DNA of 63,749 nucleotides, the filler included. It is 7 parts of 7 records of this genome, joined end to end, with 100 filler letters (N's around TTAATTAATTAA, not from the genome) between each part and the next. Parts side by side here need not be neighbours in the genome. Positions count along the whole stretch, not along the records: positions 37,027 to 43,016 come from SRR31156797_23629; positions 43,117 to 53,154 come from SRR31156797_23641; 5 more parts are not named here. One strand, 5' to 3'. How positions within the stretch are numbered: position 1 is the first letter of the stretch; every line of letters begins with the position of its first letter. The translations under genes were made by a program, and so were the position numbers. Of the stretch, positions 39,914-50,344 are shown one piece after another. The notes under the pieces were generated by a model that searched no databases, was not told where the DNA came from, and saw only the letters and a program-made list of their open reading frames with translations.

Positions 39914-42900
39914 TCAGGCCTGTGAAACCTGTTCAGCGGCCGTCCGCCTGGAGGCCATGTCTTCGGCGGCCATTTTGCCAAGCGCCCTTCTGTATTCCAT
40001 GGGCATGACCTTTACGAACAAGGAAAGGGTCTGGTCCCACTGATCAAGCAGCGACCGGGCTCTTTTACTTCCTGTGTATTGTTCGTGTCTTTCTATCATG
40101 CTTTTTAATTCGTCGATATCGTCAGGATTGACCACCGGTTCGATGTCGACCATGTCGAGGTTGCACCTGATGTCAAAATCCTGAACGGGGTCGTAAACAT
40201 AGGCTATTCCGCCGGACATGCCGGCGGCGAAATTAACTCCTGTCGGCCCTAAAACAACCACCCTCCCTCCGGTCATATATTCGCAGCCGTGATCTCCAAT
40301 GCCTTCGACTACGGCCAGGGCGCCGCTGTTACGGATAGCGAATCTTTCGCCGGCCAGGCCGTGGAAATAGGCTTCGCCGCTGGTAGCGCCATACAGGGCG
40401 ACATTGCCGATTATAGCGTTGCCGGATGGATCGTATTCAATGTTTTCCGGAGGTCTGACAATGATTTTGGCGCCGGAGAGACCTTTACCGAGGTAATCGT
40501 TGGCGTCTCCGACCAGATTCATTGTAAGGCCTTGCATGCCGAATGCGCCGAAGCTTTGCCCGGCCGATCCAGTGAAATCGAGCTTGATAGTATCATCCGG
40601 CAGTCCTTCGGCGCCGTAACGCTGTGCAATTTCTCCGCTCAGCATGGCGCCCGTGGTCCGGTTAACATTTCGAATCGGTAGTTTGACGGCAACCTTTTCC
40701 TTGCTTTCCAGGGCCGGGGCGGCTTCTTCAATCAGTTTCCTGTCCAATATGTCGTCGATTCCGTGATCCTGATCCTGGACGCAACGGACCGCGACAGGAT
40801 GGGCTTCAATCGGTCTTAGAAAGACGGCGCTGAAATCCAGTTTGCCGGCTTTGCGGTGATCGATGTCGTCTCTCATTTTAAGCATGTCGGAGCGCCCGAT
40901 CATTTCGTCAATGGTTCTGAAACCCAGCCGGGCCATTATTTCCCGTAGTTCTTCAGCCACAAAATAGAAATAGTTTTCCAGGTATTCAGGCTTCCCTTTG
41001 AATCTTTCCCTAAGGACGGGATCCTGGGTGGCGACTCCGACCGGGCAGGTGTTCATGTGGCATTTGCGCATCATTACACAACCCAGGACGACCAGGGGCG
41101 CGGTGGCGAATCCGTATTCTTCCGCCCCCAACAGGGCGGCAATGGCCGCGTCGCGCCCGGTTCTGATCTGACCGTCGGTCTGAACCCTGATCCGTCCGCG
41201 CAGGTCGTTACGGACCAAAACCTGGTGGGTTTCGGACAGGCCCAGTTCCCAGGGAACGCCGGCATGCTTGATGCTGCTCAAGGGGCTGGCGCCGGTGCCT
41301 CCATCGGCCCCGGAAATCAGGACCGCGTCGGCATGTCCCTTGGAAACTCCGGCGGCGATTGTGCCCACGCCGACCTCGCTGACGAGCTTGACATTAATGC
41401 GGGCCTTGGGATTTACATTTTTCAGGTCAAAGATCAGCTGGGCCAGGTCTTCGATTGAATATATATCGTGATGGGGCGGGGGGGAAATCAGGCTGACGCC
41501 CGGGGTTGAATTACGAACCCGGGCGATTTCCACGTTCACCTTGTGCCCGGGCAACTGTCCGCCTTCGCCTGGCTTGGCGCCCTGAGCGATTTTGATTTGC
41601 AGTTCGTCGGCATTGACCAGGTATTCGGTAGTTACTCCGAACCGGCCCGACGCCACCTGCTTGGTCCGGCTGCACAGATCGTCGCCGTTCTCGCGGATGC
41701 GATAGCGGTTTCTATCCTCGCCGCCCTCGCCGCTGTTCGAACGGCCTCCCAGGCGGTTCATGGCTATGGCCATGGATTCGTGTGCTTCGCGGCTGATGGA
41801 TCCGAAGGACATGGCCCCGGTAACAAATCTTTTAACTATTTCGGAGGCCGGTTCAACTTCATCCAGGCTGATGGATTCACCGTCCTTGAATTCAAACAAG
41901 CCGCGCAGGGTGCTGTGCCTTTTGTGCTGTTGATTTATCTTTTCAGAAAAGAGCCGGTATGCCTGCCGGCTGTTTTCCCGGGTCGCCTGTTGGAGAAACC
42001 TGATGGCGTCGGGCGTCCACATATGTCTTCTACCGCCGCGCCTGAAGGCGTAGTCGCCCCCGCTGTGCAAAATGGCCGGACCGATCTTTTTTTCATGAAA
42101 GGCTGAAGCGTGGCGGGTCATGGCTTCGGCGGCCGCGTCTTCAACGCCGATGCCGCCAATTCTGGTCGGCGTGCCCGTAAAATAAGCTTCCGCGAATTCG
42201 GATTTAAGACCAAGGGCCTCGAATATTTGGGCGCTGCGGTAGCTTCTGAGAGTGCTGATGCCCATTTTGGAAAATATTTTAAGAAGCCCTTTTTCAATGG
42301 CCTGGATGTAATTTTCAACCGCTTCCTGAATGGTGAGCTGTTCTCCTATACAGCCGTCCTCGAGTAAAACGGCAATTGTTTCAAAGGCAAGATAGGGATT
42401 GACCGCAGTGGCGCCGTAACCAAGCAGGAGGGCGAAATGCATTACTTCACGAGGTTCGCCCGATTCCACGATAATAGATACGCTCGTCCGGAGTCCCTTG
42501 GCTACCAGGTGACGGTTGACAGCCGCATTGGCCAAAAGGCTGGGTATGGGAACCTTTTCCGCGGAAACGGTTCTGTCGGATAGAATAATAATGGAATGGC
42601 CTTCTATAATGGCTTTTTCAGCTTCCTGGCTCAACCTTTCCAGGGCTGCTTCCAGTCCGGCTTCTCCGGCGGCCTGGTCAAAGACCGTGTTTAACGTAAT
42701 GTGGCGGAATTCATCTCCGGATGCGGCCCTTATTCTTTGCAGGTCGTCATTGGTAAGTATGGGGGTGGCCAGCTTGAGCATGCGCGCATAATCGGGATGT
42801 TCGGACAACAGGTTGCCCTGTGAGCCTATGTAGGTGGTCAGGGACATTACCAGTTCTTCGCGAATAGGATCTATGGCCGGGTTGGTGACTTGGGCGAACA

Positions 42901-43016
42901 TTTGTTTGAAATAGCTGAAAAGCAGCCTGGGATCGTCGGAAAGCACGGCCAGAGGGGTGTCGTCGCCCATGGATCCGACAGGCTCTTTTCCATCCACGGC
43001 CATTGGAGTTATGATG
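39914..43016 (-). CDS. gltB: Glutamate synthase large subunit, 5'-truncated by the contig edge
   Basis: [55 protein letters not shown] domain. Confidence 0.97.
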
Positions 43017-43116
43017 NNNNNNNNNNNNNNNNNNNNNNNNNNNNNNNNNNNNNNNNNNNNTTAATTAATTAANNNNNNNNNNNNNNNNNNNNNNNNNNNN
43101 NNNNNNNNNNNNNNNN
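43017..43116. other. Artificial contig spacer
   Basis: N44-TTAATTAATTAA-N44. Confidence 0.99.
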
Positions 43117-43383
43117 GTCGAGCAGGGTGCGGATCATCGGCGGCAGAATGCGGCCGTTGGGAACCGGCCGGGTAATGTCGCAGATCAGAATGCAGGCGGT
43201 CTCTGCCCGGCCCGCCAGTTCCGCCAACGACGGACAACCGACCGGATCGGCGAAGGTTTCGGCGAGGGCCGTCGTCGGATCTTCCAGGATTGGCATGTCC
43301 GGCTTGCGAATGACCGTAACCTGCCAGTCGTCGTCCAATTCGATCGGCAGGCTGCCCCGCCCGTAGTTCATATCAATGCGCAT
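43117..43383 (-). CDS. LarA-family nickel-pincer racemase/epimerase, N-terminal fragment
   Basis: YG..., PVGCPSLAEL, ILICDITRPVP correspond to the LarA D-x-T-R-P motif. Confidence 0.85.
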
Positions 43384-43657
43384 GTCTTTTCGTTTTTTCC
43401 CTTATCGTTATCGTCGCACCCGCAGTGCCGGCCGCACTTTAGCGATTCGACGCTATCAACCCAAGGTTTCCCTTTAAAGATGGGGATTGACCCGCGCTTT
43501 TTCCCTATGCCGCGATTGATTTGATCCGCCCCGGATGCAATGTTTGCGCCCCTACGCTCGATAGCGGTTTGAAAGATCGGCCCGAAAGGCATAGATTCGT
43601 AGGGGGCGGTACAACCGTGCCGGCTTGAGCTAATTCTGCCCAAAGGACTGGACCGAA

Positions 43658-44635
43658 ATGACCGAAACGCAGGAATGGGAAATCCCTGCGCAGTTTCAGC
43701 CGAAAGCCACCGAGTTCGACTTCGACCTCGGACGGGCCTTGTCGTCCGTCGTCTCGTTGCGGGCGAAGGTTCCGGAAGACGCGTTCACGGCATCGATTCT
43801 CGGCACCGAACGGGCCGGTAACGGTGTCGTTATCGATGAAAACGGACTGGTTCTGACCATCGGCTATCTGGTGACGGAGGCCGAATCGGTCTGGCTTCTG
43901 TGCGGCGACGGCCGGGCCTGTCCGGGGCATGTCGTGGCGTACGACCAGGAAACCGGTTTCGGCCTGGTTCAGGCCCTGGAAAAACTGGGCCTGCCGCCGC
44001 TGCCGTTGGGAAATTCGGCCGACGTCAAGGTCGGCGATACGATGATCGCGGCCGGTTTCGGCGGATCCGAGCATTCGGTCAAGTCGCAAGTCATTGCCAA
44101 GCGCGAGTTCGCCGGCTATTGGGAATACGTGCTCGACGAAGCAATGTTTATTGCGCCGGCCCATCCGAACTGGGGCGGCACCGCCCTGATCGATTCGGCT
44201 GGCCGGATCGCCGGCATCGGGTCCCTGTACGTGCAACTGCCGCGAAGCGGAGACAAGCCGCTCGACGGCAACATGATGGTCCCCATCGACATTCTCAAGC
44301 CGGTGTTGAACGATCTGATGCTTTACGGCCGTGTCAACAAACCGCCGCGCCCATGGCTCGGCATGTATACGGCCGAAACCGACGATGAACTGGTGGTCGT
44401 CGGATTGGCCGACGACGGTCCCGCCGAAGAGGCCGGCATCGAGGTCGGCGATCATGTCATCGAGGTCGACGGCGAACCGCTGTCCAGCCTGGCCGACATG
44501 TTCCGGCGCGTCTGGTCGTTGGGCGAGGCCGGTGTTCAGGTGCCGTTGACCGTTGAGCGCGACGGCAAAGCCTTCAGCGTCGGCGTCCCCTCGATCGACC
44601 GGACAGCGCTTCTGAAAACCCCGCAATTGCATTGA
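43658..44635 (+). CDS. S1C/HtrA-like trypsin-fold plus PDZ protein lacking the catalytic triad
   Basis: GNGVVIDENGLVLT, RPWLG, GPAEEAGIEVGD show the HtrA layout; His, Asp and Ser positions are substituted. Confidence 0.85.
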   Translation: MTETQEWEIPAQFQPKATEFDFDLGRALSSVVSLRAKVPEDAFTASILGTERAGNGVVIDENGLVLTIGYLVTEAESVWLLCGDGRACPGHVVAYDQETGFGLVQALEKLGLPPLPLGNSADVKVGDTMIAAGFGGSEHSVKSQVIAKREFAGYWEYVLDEAMFIAPAHPNWGGTALIDSAGRIAGIGSLYVQLPRSGDKPLDGNMMVPIDILKPVLNDLMLYGRVNKPPRPWLGMYTAETDDELVVVGLADDGPAEEAGIEVGDHVIEVDGEPLSSLADMFRRVWSLGEAGVQVPLTVERDGKAFSVGVPSIDRTALLKTPQLH

Positions 44636-44642
44636 GGCCGTC

Positions 44643-45152
44643 GTGCCCAACGCCCGCCGAAGATTTGCCGCGCCGTTGATTCCGATCCTGGCGGTCCTGG
44701 CCGTTCTCGTCTCGACCGACACCGCCGGGGCGGGCCAGGAAATGACCGGCCTGCCCTTCGTCGCCGACGGCGATACGTTGGGGTTTTCTGAACGCCGTAT
44801 CCGTCTTTACGGCATCGACGCGCCGGAGACCGATCAAACCTGCCTGATGCTGGGCCAGGACGCCCCCATCGGCGAATGGGCGACGAAGACGCTCCGGCGC
44901 CTGATTGGCCGCGAAACGATAACCTGTTTTCCGATCGGCCGCAGCCATGGCGAACATACGGTGGCGCGTTGCCGATCGCCGAAGGTCGGCGATCTAAGCC
45001 GGGCCATGGTCGCCGCCGGCTTCGCCTGGGATTACAAAAAGCAAAGCCACGGCATCTATTCCGACGTACAAACCGAAGCCTATAAAAGCCGCCTCGGCGT
45101 TTGGGCCGGCAAGGCGCCCTGCCTGCCGCCGTGGGAATGGCGGCGGCGCTGA
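44643..45152 (+). CDS. Thermonuclease (SNase-like) family exported protein
   Basis: N-terminal hydrophobic segment, VADGDTL, IRLYGIDAPE, GVWAG...PWEWR. Confidence 0.88.
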   Translation: MPNARRRFAAPLIPILAVLAVLVSTDTAGAGQEMTGLPFVADGDTLGFSERRIRLYGIDAPETDQTCLMLGQDAPIGEWATKTLRRLIGRETITCFPIGRSHGEHTVARCRSPKVGDLSRAMVAAGFAWDYKKQSHGIYSDVQTEAYKSRLGVWAGKAPCLPPWEWRRR

Positions 45153-45180
45153 CATCAAATCCTTTTTCTGGGGGAATACC

Positions 45181-46431
45181 TTGAGCAATCGCGACCGCCG
45201 CAACATCGGCATCGATCCGGACCGCCTGATCGGACGGATCGAGGAATTGGGACGGATCGGGACGCTGGAAGGCGGCGGTGTATGCCGGCTGGCCCTGACC
45301 GAAGAAGACCGCCAGGGCCGGGATCAGGTAGTGGCCTGGATGAAGGACCTGGGACTGTGCATCACGATCGATCGCATCGGCAACGTGATGGGTTTGCGCC
45401 CGGGCACGGAAGACGGCCCGCCGGTGGTGGTCGGATCGCACATCGATACGGTGGCGACCGGCGGCCTTTACGACGGCGCGCTCGGCGTATTGGCCGGGCT
45501 GGAGGCGATCCGCGTGCTTGACGACGCCGGGATCAGAACGAAACGGCCCGTTGCCATCGCCTTTTTCACCAACGAGGAAGGCTCGCGCTATCACCCGGAC
45601 ATGATGGGCAGCGCCGTTCTGCACGGCATCCTGGATGCCGACGAGGTGCTGTCTTCGGAGGGCATCGACGGCGCCATTCTGGCCGACGATCTGGAGCGCA
45701 TCGGATATGCCGGCGACGCGCCCATCGGCTCGTTCGACGCCCATTGTTATGTCGAACTGCATGTCGAACAGGGTCCGGTGCTGGACGAGGCCGGCATTAC
45801 CATCGGTGCCGTCACCGGCGTCCAGGGCATCTATTGGACCGAATATGAAATCGAGGGCGTCGCCAATCACGCCGGCACGACGCCGATGAAAATGCGTCAC
45901 GACGCCGGTTTTGTCGCCGCCTCGATTGCGGTGGAGGCCCGTCGCATTGCCGAGGAATTCGGCGGCAACCAGGTGGCGGCGGCCGGTTACAGCACGGTCT
46001 CGCCCTGCCTGGTCAATGTCATTCCCGGTTCGGCGATGGTCAAGACGGACCTGCGCAACACCGGCGGCGAGGCCCTGCGCGAAGCCGATGCCCGGCTGAC
46101 CGAATTCGCCCGGGTGACCGCCCGCCAGGAAGGCTGCGCCATATCGATCAAACCAGTGGCACGATTCGATCCCGTCGCCTTCGATCCGGACATGATCGAT
46201 ACGGTCGAGCAAACCGCGATCCGACTCGGTCATTCGGTCAGGCGCATGCCGTCCGGTGCCGGCCACGACGCCCAGATGTTCGCGCCATCCTGCCCGACGG
46301 CGATGGTCTTCGTGCCGAGCCGCGACGGCATCAGCCACAACACCGAAGAATACACCGCGCCCGAAAAATTGCGCGCCGGCGCCGACGTGCTGCTGAACGT
46401 GCTCTTGGAAATGGCCGAGGAAGTCGGCTGA
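45181..46431 (+). CDS. M20 Zn-dependent hydrolase (N-carbamoyl-L-amino-acid/allantoate amidohydrolase family)
   Basis: GSHIDT, GLYDG, NEEG, ELHVEQG, NHAGTTPM, SGAGHDA, GISH. Confidence 0.92.
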   Translation: MSNRDRRNIGIDPDRLIGRIEELGRIGTLEGGGVCRLALTEEDRQGRDQVVAWMKDLGLCITIDRIGNVMGLRPGTEDGPPVVVGSHIDTVATGGLYDGALGVLAGLEAIRVLDDAGIRTKRPVAIAFFTNEEGSRYHPDMMGSAVLHGILDADEVLSSEGIDGAILADDLERIGYAGDAPIGSFDAHCYVELHVEQGPVLDEAGITIGAVTGVQGIYWTEYEIEGVANHAGTTPMKMRHDAGFVAASIAVEARRIAEEFGGNQVAAAGYSTVSPCLVNVIPGSAMVKTDLRNTGGEALREADARLTEFARVTARQEGCAISIKPVARFDPVAFDPDMIDTVEQTAIRLGHSVRRMPSGAGHDAQMFAPSCPTAMVFVPSRDGISHNTEEYTAPEKLRAGADVLLNVLLEMAEEVG

Positions 46432-46552
46432 GGCGCAAAACCGTGCCTGCCCGGGTGCATTTTTTGGGGTTCGTCCCCCCATCGGGGCCGGTTTGTGATA
46501 GAATCGATAATCGGACGGGACACTGATAACCCTGGCGAATGGGAGGTGTACC

Positions 46553-47425
46553 ATGCCGATGAAATCCTTGCTTGCCGTTCTTGATCATCACGCTTCCAAC
46601 AGGGAACTGCTGGAAACCGCCTGCGACTGTGGTTGCGAATGGTGGTCGCGCCTCGAGGTCGTTCTTCCGTGCCCGCAGCTGTGGAATCCGGATGTCATTT
46701 CGGTCGCCGATGAAACGGCGCGCGAACGCATCCAGGAAATCGAAGACCACGCCTGTCTGCTTGAAGAGGCCATCGAGAAGAAAGCGAAGGCGGAATTCGA
46801 GGAATGTTGCCGGCGTTTTGAAATTCCCATTGTTGCGGCGGACGAAGCGGCCAAACCCTTCGCCTGCTGGTACGCCATCGGTGGGTTCGACCGCGGCTGC
46901 CGCACCCTCGACCACGCGCGAATGGCGGACCTCGTTTTTGTACGGCGCCCGGATGCCGATACCTGCGAAGGCTATGAGAATCTCATCGGTTTGATGTTGC
47001 GGGGGTCCGGACGGCCGGTCATCCTGGTGCCACCGTCAGGGGACACGGGGGTGCGTAAAAACGTTGCCATCGCCTGGAACGAGAGCGTCGAGGGCATCCA
47101 CGCGGTTTCGGCGGCGGCCGAGTTCATTGCCGCTGCCAACCTCGTTGACGTTCTTACGGTGGAGACCGAGGGATCGACGGGCATCGCCACCGATAGGTTC
47201 CTCGCCTACCTGGCCAGCCACGACATCGCGGCGCGCAAGCACGTCTTCCCGAAGCTTGGCAACCGGTCGCTGGGCCAGTCGATCCTGGACAAATGCGATG
47301 ATTTGGCGGCCGATCTGCTGGTTGTTGGGGCGAACACCCACAACCGGTGGCGCGAATTGACCTTCGGCGGTGTGACGCGCCATCTCATGCGGCATGCCGA
47401 ATTGCCGGTCCTGATGGCGCAATGA
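46553..47425 (+). CDS. Tandem-domain universal stress protein, Cys-rich
   Basis: GRPVILVP, AIAWNES, ADLLVVG...FGGVTRHL...PVLMA. Confidence 0.88.
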   Translation: MPMKSLLAVLDHHASNRELLETACDCGCEWWSRLEVVLPCPQLWNPDVISVADETARERIQEIEDHACLLEEAIEKKAKAEFEECCRRFEIPIVAADEAAKPFACWYAIGGFDRGCRTLDHARMADLVFVRRPDADTCEGYENLIGLMLRGSGRPVILVPPSGDTGVRKNVAIAWNESVEGIHAVSAAAEFIAAANLVDVLTVETEGSTGIATDRFLAYLASHDIAARKHVFPKLGNRSLGQSILDKCDDLAADLLVVGANTHNRWRELTFGGVTRHLMRHAELPVLMAQ

Positions 47426-47500
47426 GGGAGGTTCCGGTTTCGGAGTCTGGAACCTGAATATACGAAACCCGGCCACGCCTGGGCCGGGTCAAATCGAAAA

Positions 47501-47575
47501 TGGTGCCGCCGGAGTGAATTGAACACTCGACCCCGCCCTTACCAAGGGCGTGCTCTACCCCTGAGCTACGGCGGC
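47501..47575 (-). tRNA. tRNA-Thr (GGT)
   Basis: GCCGCCG/CGGCGGC acceptor stem, CGCCC-TTGGTAA-GGGCG anticodon arm, GTTCAATT T-loop, encoded CCA end. Confidence 0.96.
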
Positions 47576-47695
47576 ACCGGATAAAAGCGAGGCGGAACAT
47601 ACGACACGGCCCGAGCCAAATCAAGCGCCCTTGACGTGGTCGCCCCGGTTGGCCAGGATTGCGGCAAAAGGGGAATAGGGAAGGGGGCGTTACCG

Positions 47696-47890
47696 ATGAA
47701 CGATATGTGCCGGCCGAAACGGCCGACACGGGCCGAACGGTCCCGCCATCGCACCGAGGAGCGGCGGCGGCGGCTGGCGGCGGCCCTGCGCGAAAACCTG
47801 AAAAAACGCAAGGATCAGGCCAGGGCCCGCCTTGATGCCGACGACGATGCGCGGCGAGCCCCCGACGACTCCGAGCTTCAGCCCAAATAG
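47696..47890 (+). CDS. Small basic hypothetical protein upstream of murA
   Basis: RRRLAAALRENLKKRKDQARAR, a pattern I recognise from short ORFs before murA in Alphaproteobacteria. Start uncertain. Confidence 0.65.
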   Translation: MNDMCRPKRPTRAERSRHRTEERRRRLAAALRENLKKRKDQARARLDADDDARRAPDDSELQPK

Positions 47891-48031
47891 CGTCCGGCTC
47901 CGGCCTTGAGGCCAAGCCCGGTCATGGGCTAAAACCCGGCTGTGGGAACGCGCCGGGTTTGTCGTGCCGGTTCCATACAATCGCCATCTTGGCGCCGCAA
48001 TTCCGCCGCGCCCGAATGCAAGGAAATAGGC

Positions 48032-49327
48032 ATGGACCGTATCGTCATCCGTGGAAGCAGGCCGCTTAACGGCGAAATCCCCATCGGCGGCGCCAAGAAC
48101 GCGGCGCTGGCCCTGATGGCGGCAAGCCTGCTGACCGATGACCGGTTGATGCTGTCGAACCTGCCACACCTGGCCGACATATCAACGATGGCGCATCTGC
48201 TGGCCGAGTTGGGCGTCGACATCGCCATGAACGGTCACGCGCCGAACGGCGGACATCACGGGCGCACGCTCGATTTATCGGCCGCCAATATCGGCGGCAA
48301 AACGGCGCCCTACGATTTGGTCCGCAAGATGCGGGCGTCGGTTCTGGTGCTGGGGCCGTTGGTGGCGCGCACCGGCACCGCCCGCGTTTCGCTGCCGGGC
48401 GGCTGCGCCATCGGTTCGCGGCCGGTCGATCTGCACCTCGATGCGCTGTCGCAGTTGGGCGCCGACATCGAGATCAGCGAAGGCTATGTCGAGGCGACCG
48501 CGAAGAAGGGTTTGAGCGGTGCCAACATCGTCTTTCCGAAGGTGTCGGTTGGGGCGACCGAGAACGCCCTGATGGCGGCGGTGCTGGCCGACGGCGTGAC
48601 CGTGCTATCGAACGTCGCGCGCGAACCCGAGGTCGCCGACCTAGCCCGCTGTCTGGTCGCCATGGGCGCCGATGTCGAAGGCATCGGCACCGACAGTCTT
48701 CGCATCAATGGAGTCGAACATCTTCATGGGGCCGACTATGCGGTACTGCCGGACCGGGTCGAGACCGGCACCTATGCCGTCGCTGCCGCTATCGCCGGCG
48801 GCAATGTGACCTTGCGCGGCGCTCGCATGGACCTGATCGAATCGGTGGTCAAGACGCTCCGCCGCGCCGGTGCCGACATCACTGAAACCGAAGACGGCGT
48901 ACGAATCGTCGCCAAACCCGGACGCCTGCGCGGGACCGACGTCATGACCGAACCCTATCCCGGTTTTCCGACCGACATGCAGGCTCAGTTCATGGCGCTG
49001 ATGACGGTGGCCGAGGGTGCCTCGATGATCACCGAAACCATTTTCGAGAACCGCTTCATGCACGTCGCCGAGATGAAGCGCATGGGCGCCGACGTCAATG
49101 TGCACGGATCATCCGCGATCGTTCGCGGCGTTCCGAAGCTGTCGGGCGCCCAGGTCATGGCGACCGATCTGCGGGCTTCCGCCTCGTTGATCCTGGCCGG
49201 GCTGGCGGCCGAGGGCGAAACCGTCGTCAACCGGGTCTATCACCTGGACCGCGGTTACGAGCGCATGGAGGAAAAGCTGGCCAACTGCGGCGCCGATATC
49301 GAACGCGTACGGGAAACGGGCGTCTAG
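48032..49327 (+). CDS. murA: UDP-N-acetylglucosamine 1-carboxyvinyltransferase
   Basis: [43 protein letters not shown]. Confidence 0.97.
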   Translation: MDRIVIRGSRPLNGEIPIGGAKNAALALMAASLLTDDRLMLSNLPHLADISTMAHLLAELGVDIAMNGHAPNGGHHGRTLDLSAANIGGKTAPYDLVRKMRASVLVLGPLVARTGTARVSLPGGCAIGSRPVDLHLDALSQLGADIEISEGYVEATAKKGLSGANIVFPKVSVGATENALMAAVLADGVTVLSNVAREPEVADLARCLVAMGADVEGIGTDSLRINGVEHLHGADYAVLPDRVETGTYAVAAAIAGGNVTLRGARMDLIESVVKTLRRAGADITETEDGVRIVAKPGRLRGTDVMTEPYPGFPTDMQAQFMALMTVAEGASMITETIFENRFMHVAEMKRMGADVNVHGSSAIVRGVPKLSGAQVMATDLRASASLILAGLAAEGETVVNRVYHLDRGYERMEEKLANCGADIERVRETGV

Positions 49328-49339
49328 GGGCAGGCGATC

Positions 49340-50335
49340 CTAAGGCATCAGGACGATCTTGGCGGCGCGGGTAAGCCCGGCATCCAGATCCTGGAAGGCC
49401 TTCAGGCCCTCGGCCAGGGGACGGGCCTCGATCCAATCCAAGGGTCCGAGGGCGCCCGAATGCAGTGCCGCCACCGTCGCTCGGAAATCGACCATCGTAT
49501 AGGTATAGGTGCCGATAAAGGTTACTTCCTGCAGGGTAATCTTGCGCACATTCAGCCCGCCTTCATTGTCCATCAGGCCGATATGCACGATCACCCCGCC
49601 GGGTTTGACGGCGGCGACCGCGACATCGCGGGTGATGCGCCCGCCGACGGCATCGATGACCAGATCGAAGCCGTTTTCCGGCGGTGCCCCATCGCCGATG
49701 GGATCGTAGACTTCGGCGCAGTCGGCGGCGATTGCTGTTTCCCGGCGATTTGGATTGGTGTCGCCGACGCGAATCGTTGCGCAGCCGCGATTGGCCAGTA
49801 TCAGAACGGCGGCCAATCCAACGGCGCCGGCGCCAAGCACGAGGGCGTTGCATTCCGCCAGCGAACGGACCAGGGTGCGTTCGGCGATGCCGACCGCATG
49901 CCAGGCCGTGGCTACCGGTTCGGCCGCCGAGGCATGGGTCGGGTTCATGCCCGCCGGCAGGGTAACGAGGTTGCGTTCGGGCATGCGAAGATATTCGGCG
50001 AAGGCACCCTCGCGGGGGTTCATGCCGATGATCTGGCGTTTCGCACACAGGTTTGACCGGCCGTTCAGACAATCGTTGCAGATGCCGCAGGTCATCAACG
50101 GATTGATAACGACGGCTTCGCCTTTGCGCGGGCCTTCGGCAATGCTACCGGCCGCTTCGTGACCGAGGATGAGGTCCGGAAAACGCCGTTCGTCGTGGCC
50201 ATGAAAGGCGTGCATGTCGGATCCGCAGATGCCGGCCGCGGCGATGCGGATCATGACCTCGCCCGATTCCAGGACGGGTTCCGGTTCGTCGCGATAGGTC
50301 AGTTCTTCCGGATTGGTGTAGACCAGCGCCTTCAC
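49340..50335 (-). CDS. hpsP: Zn-dependent alcohol dehydrogenase, probable DHPS 2-dehydrogenase HpsP
   Basis: GICGSD, GHE, CGICNDC...C, GAGAVG; last gene of hpsM-N-O-P. The name comes from context. Confidence 0.72.
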   Translation of the reverse strand: MKALVYTNPEELTYRDEPEPVLESGEVMIRIAAAGICGSDMHAFHGHDERRFPDLILGHEAAGSIAEGPRKGEAVVINPLMTCGICNDCLNGRSNLCAKRQIIGMNPREGAFAEYLRMPERNLVTLPAGMNPTHASAAEPVATAWHAVGIAERTLVRSLAECNALVLGAGAVGLAAVLILANRGCATIRVGDTNPNRRETAIAADCAEVYDPIGDGAPPENGFDLVIDAVGGRITRDVAVAAVKPGGVIVHIGLMDNEGGLNVRKITLQEVTFIGTYTYTMVDFRATVAALHSGALGPLDWIEARPLAEGLKAFQDLDAGLTRAAKIVLMP

Positions 50336-50344
50336 GTTTGCCTC

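Noticed and set aside
43505..46554. Long minus-strand ORFs (405 aa and 672 aa)
   Set aside because: Antisense shadows of GC-rich genes with clear family motifs on the + strand; no motifs of their own.
43117..47575. Genomic island integrated at tRNA-Thr
   Set aside because: No integrase, no duplicated tRNA 3' end and no obvious composition shift within the contig.
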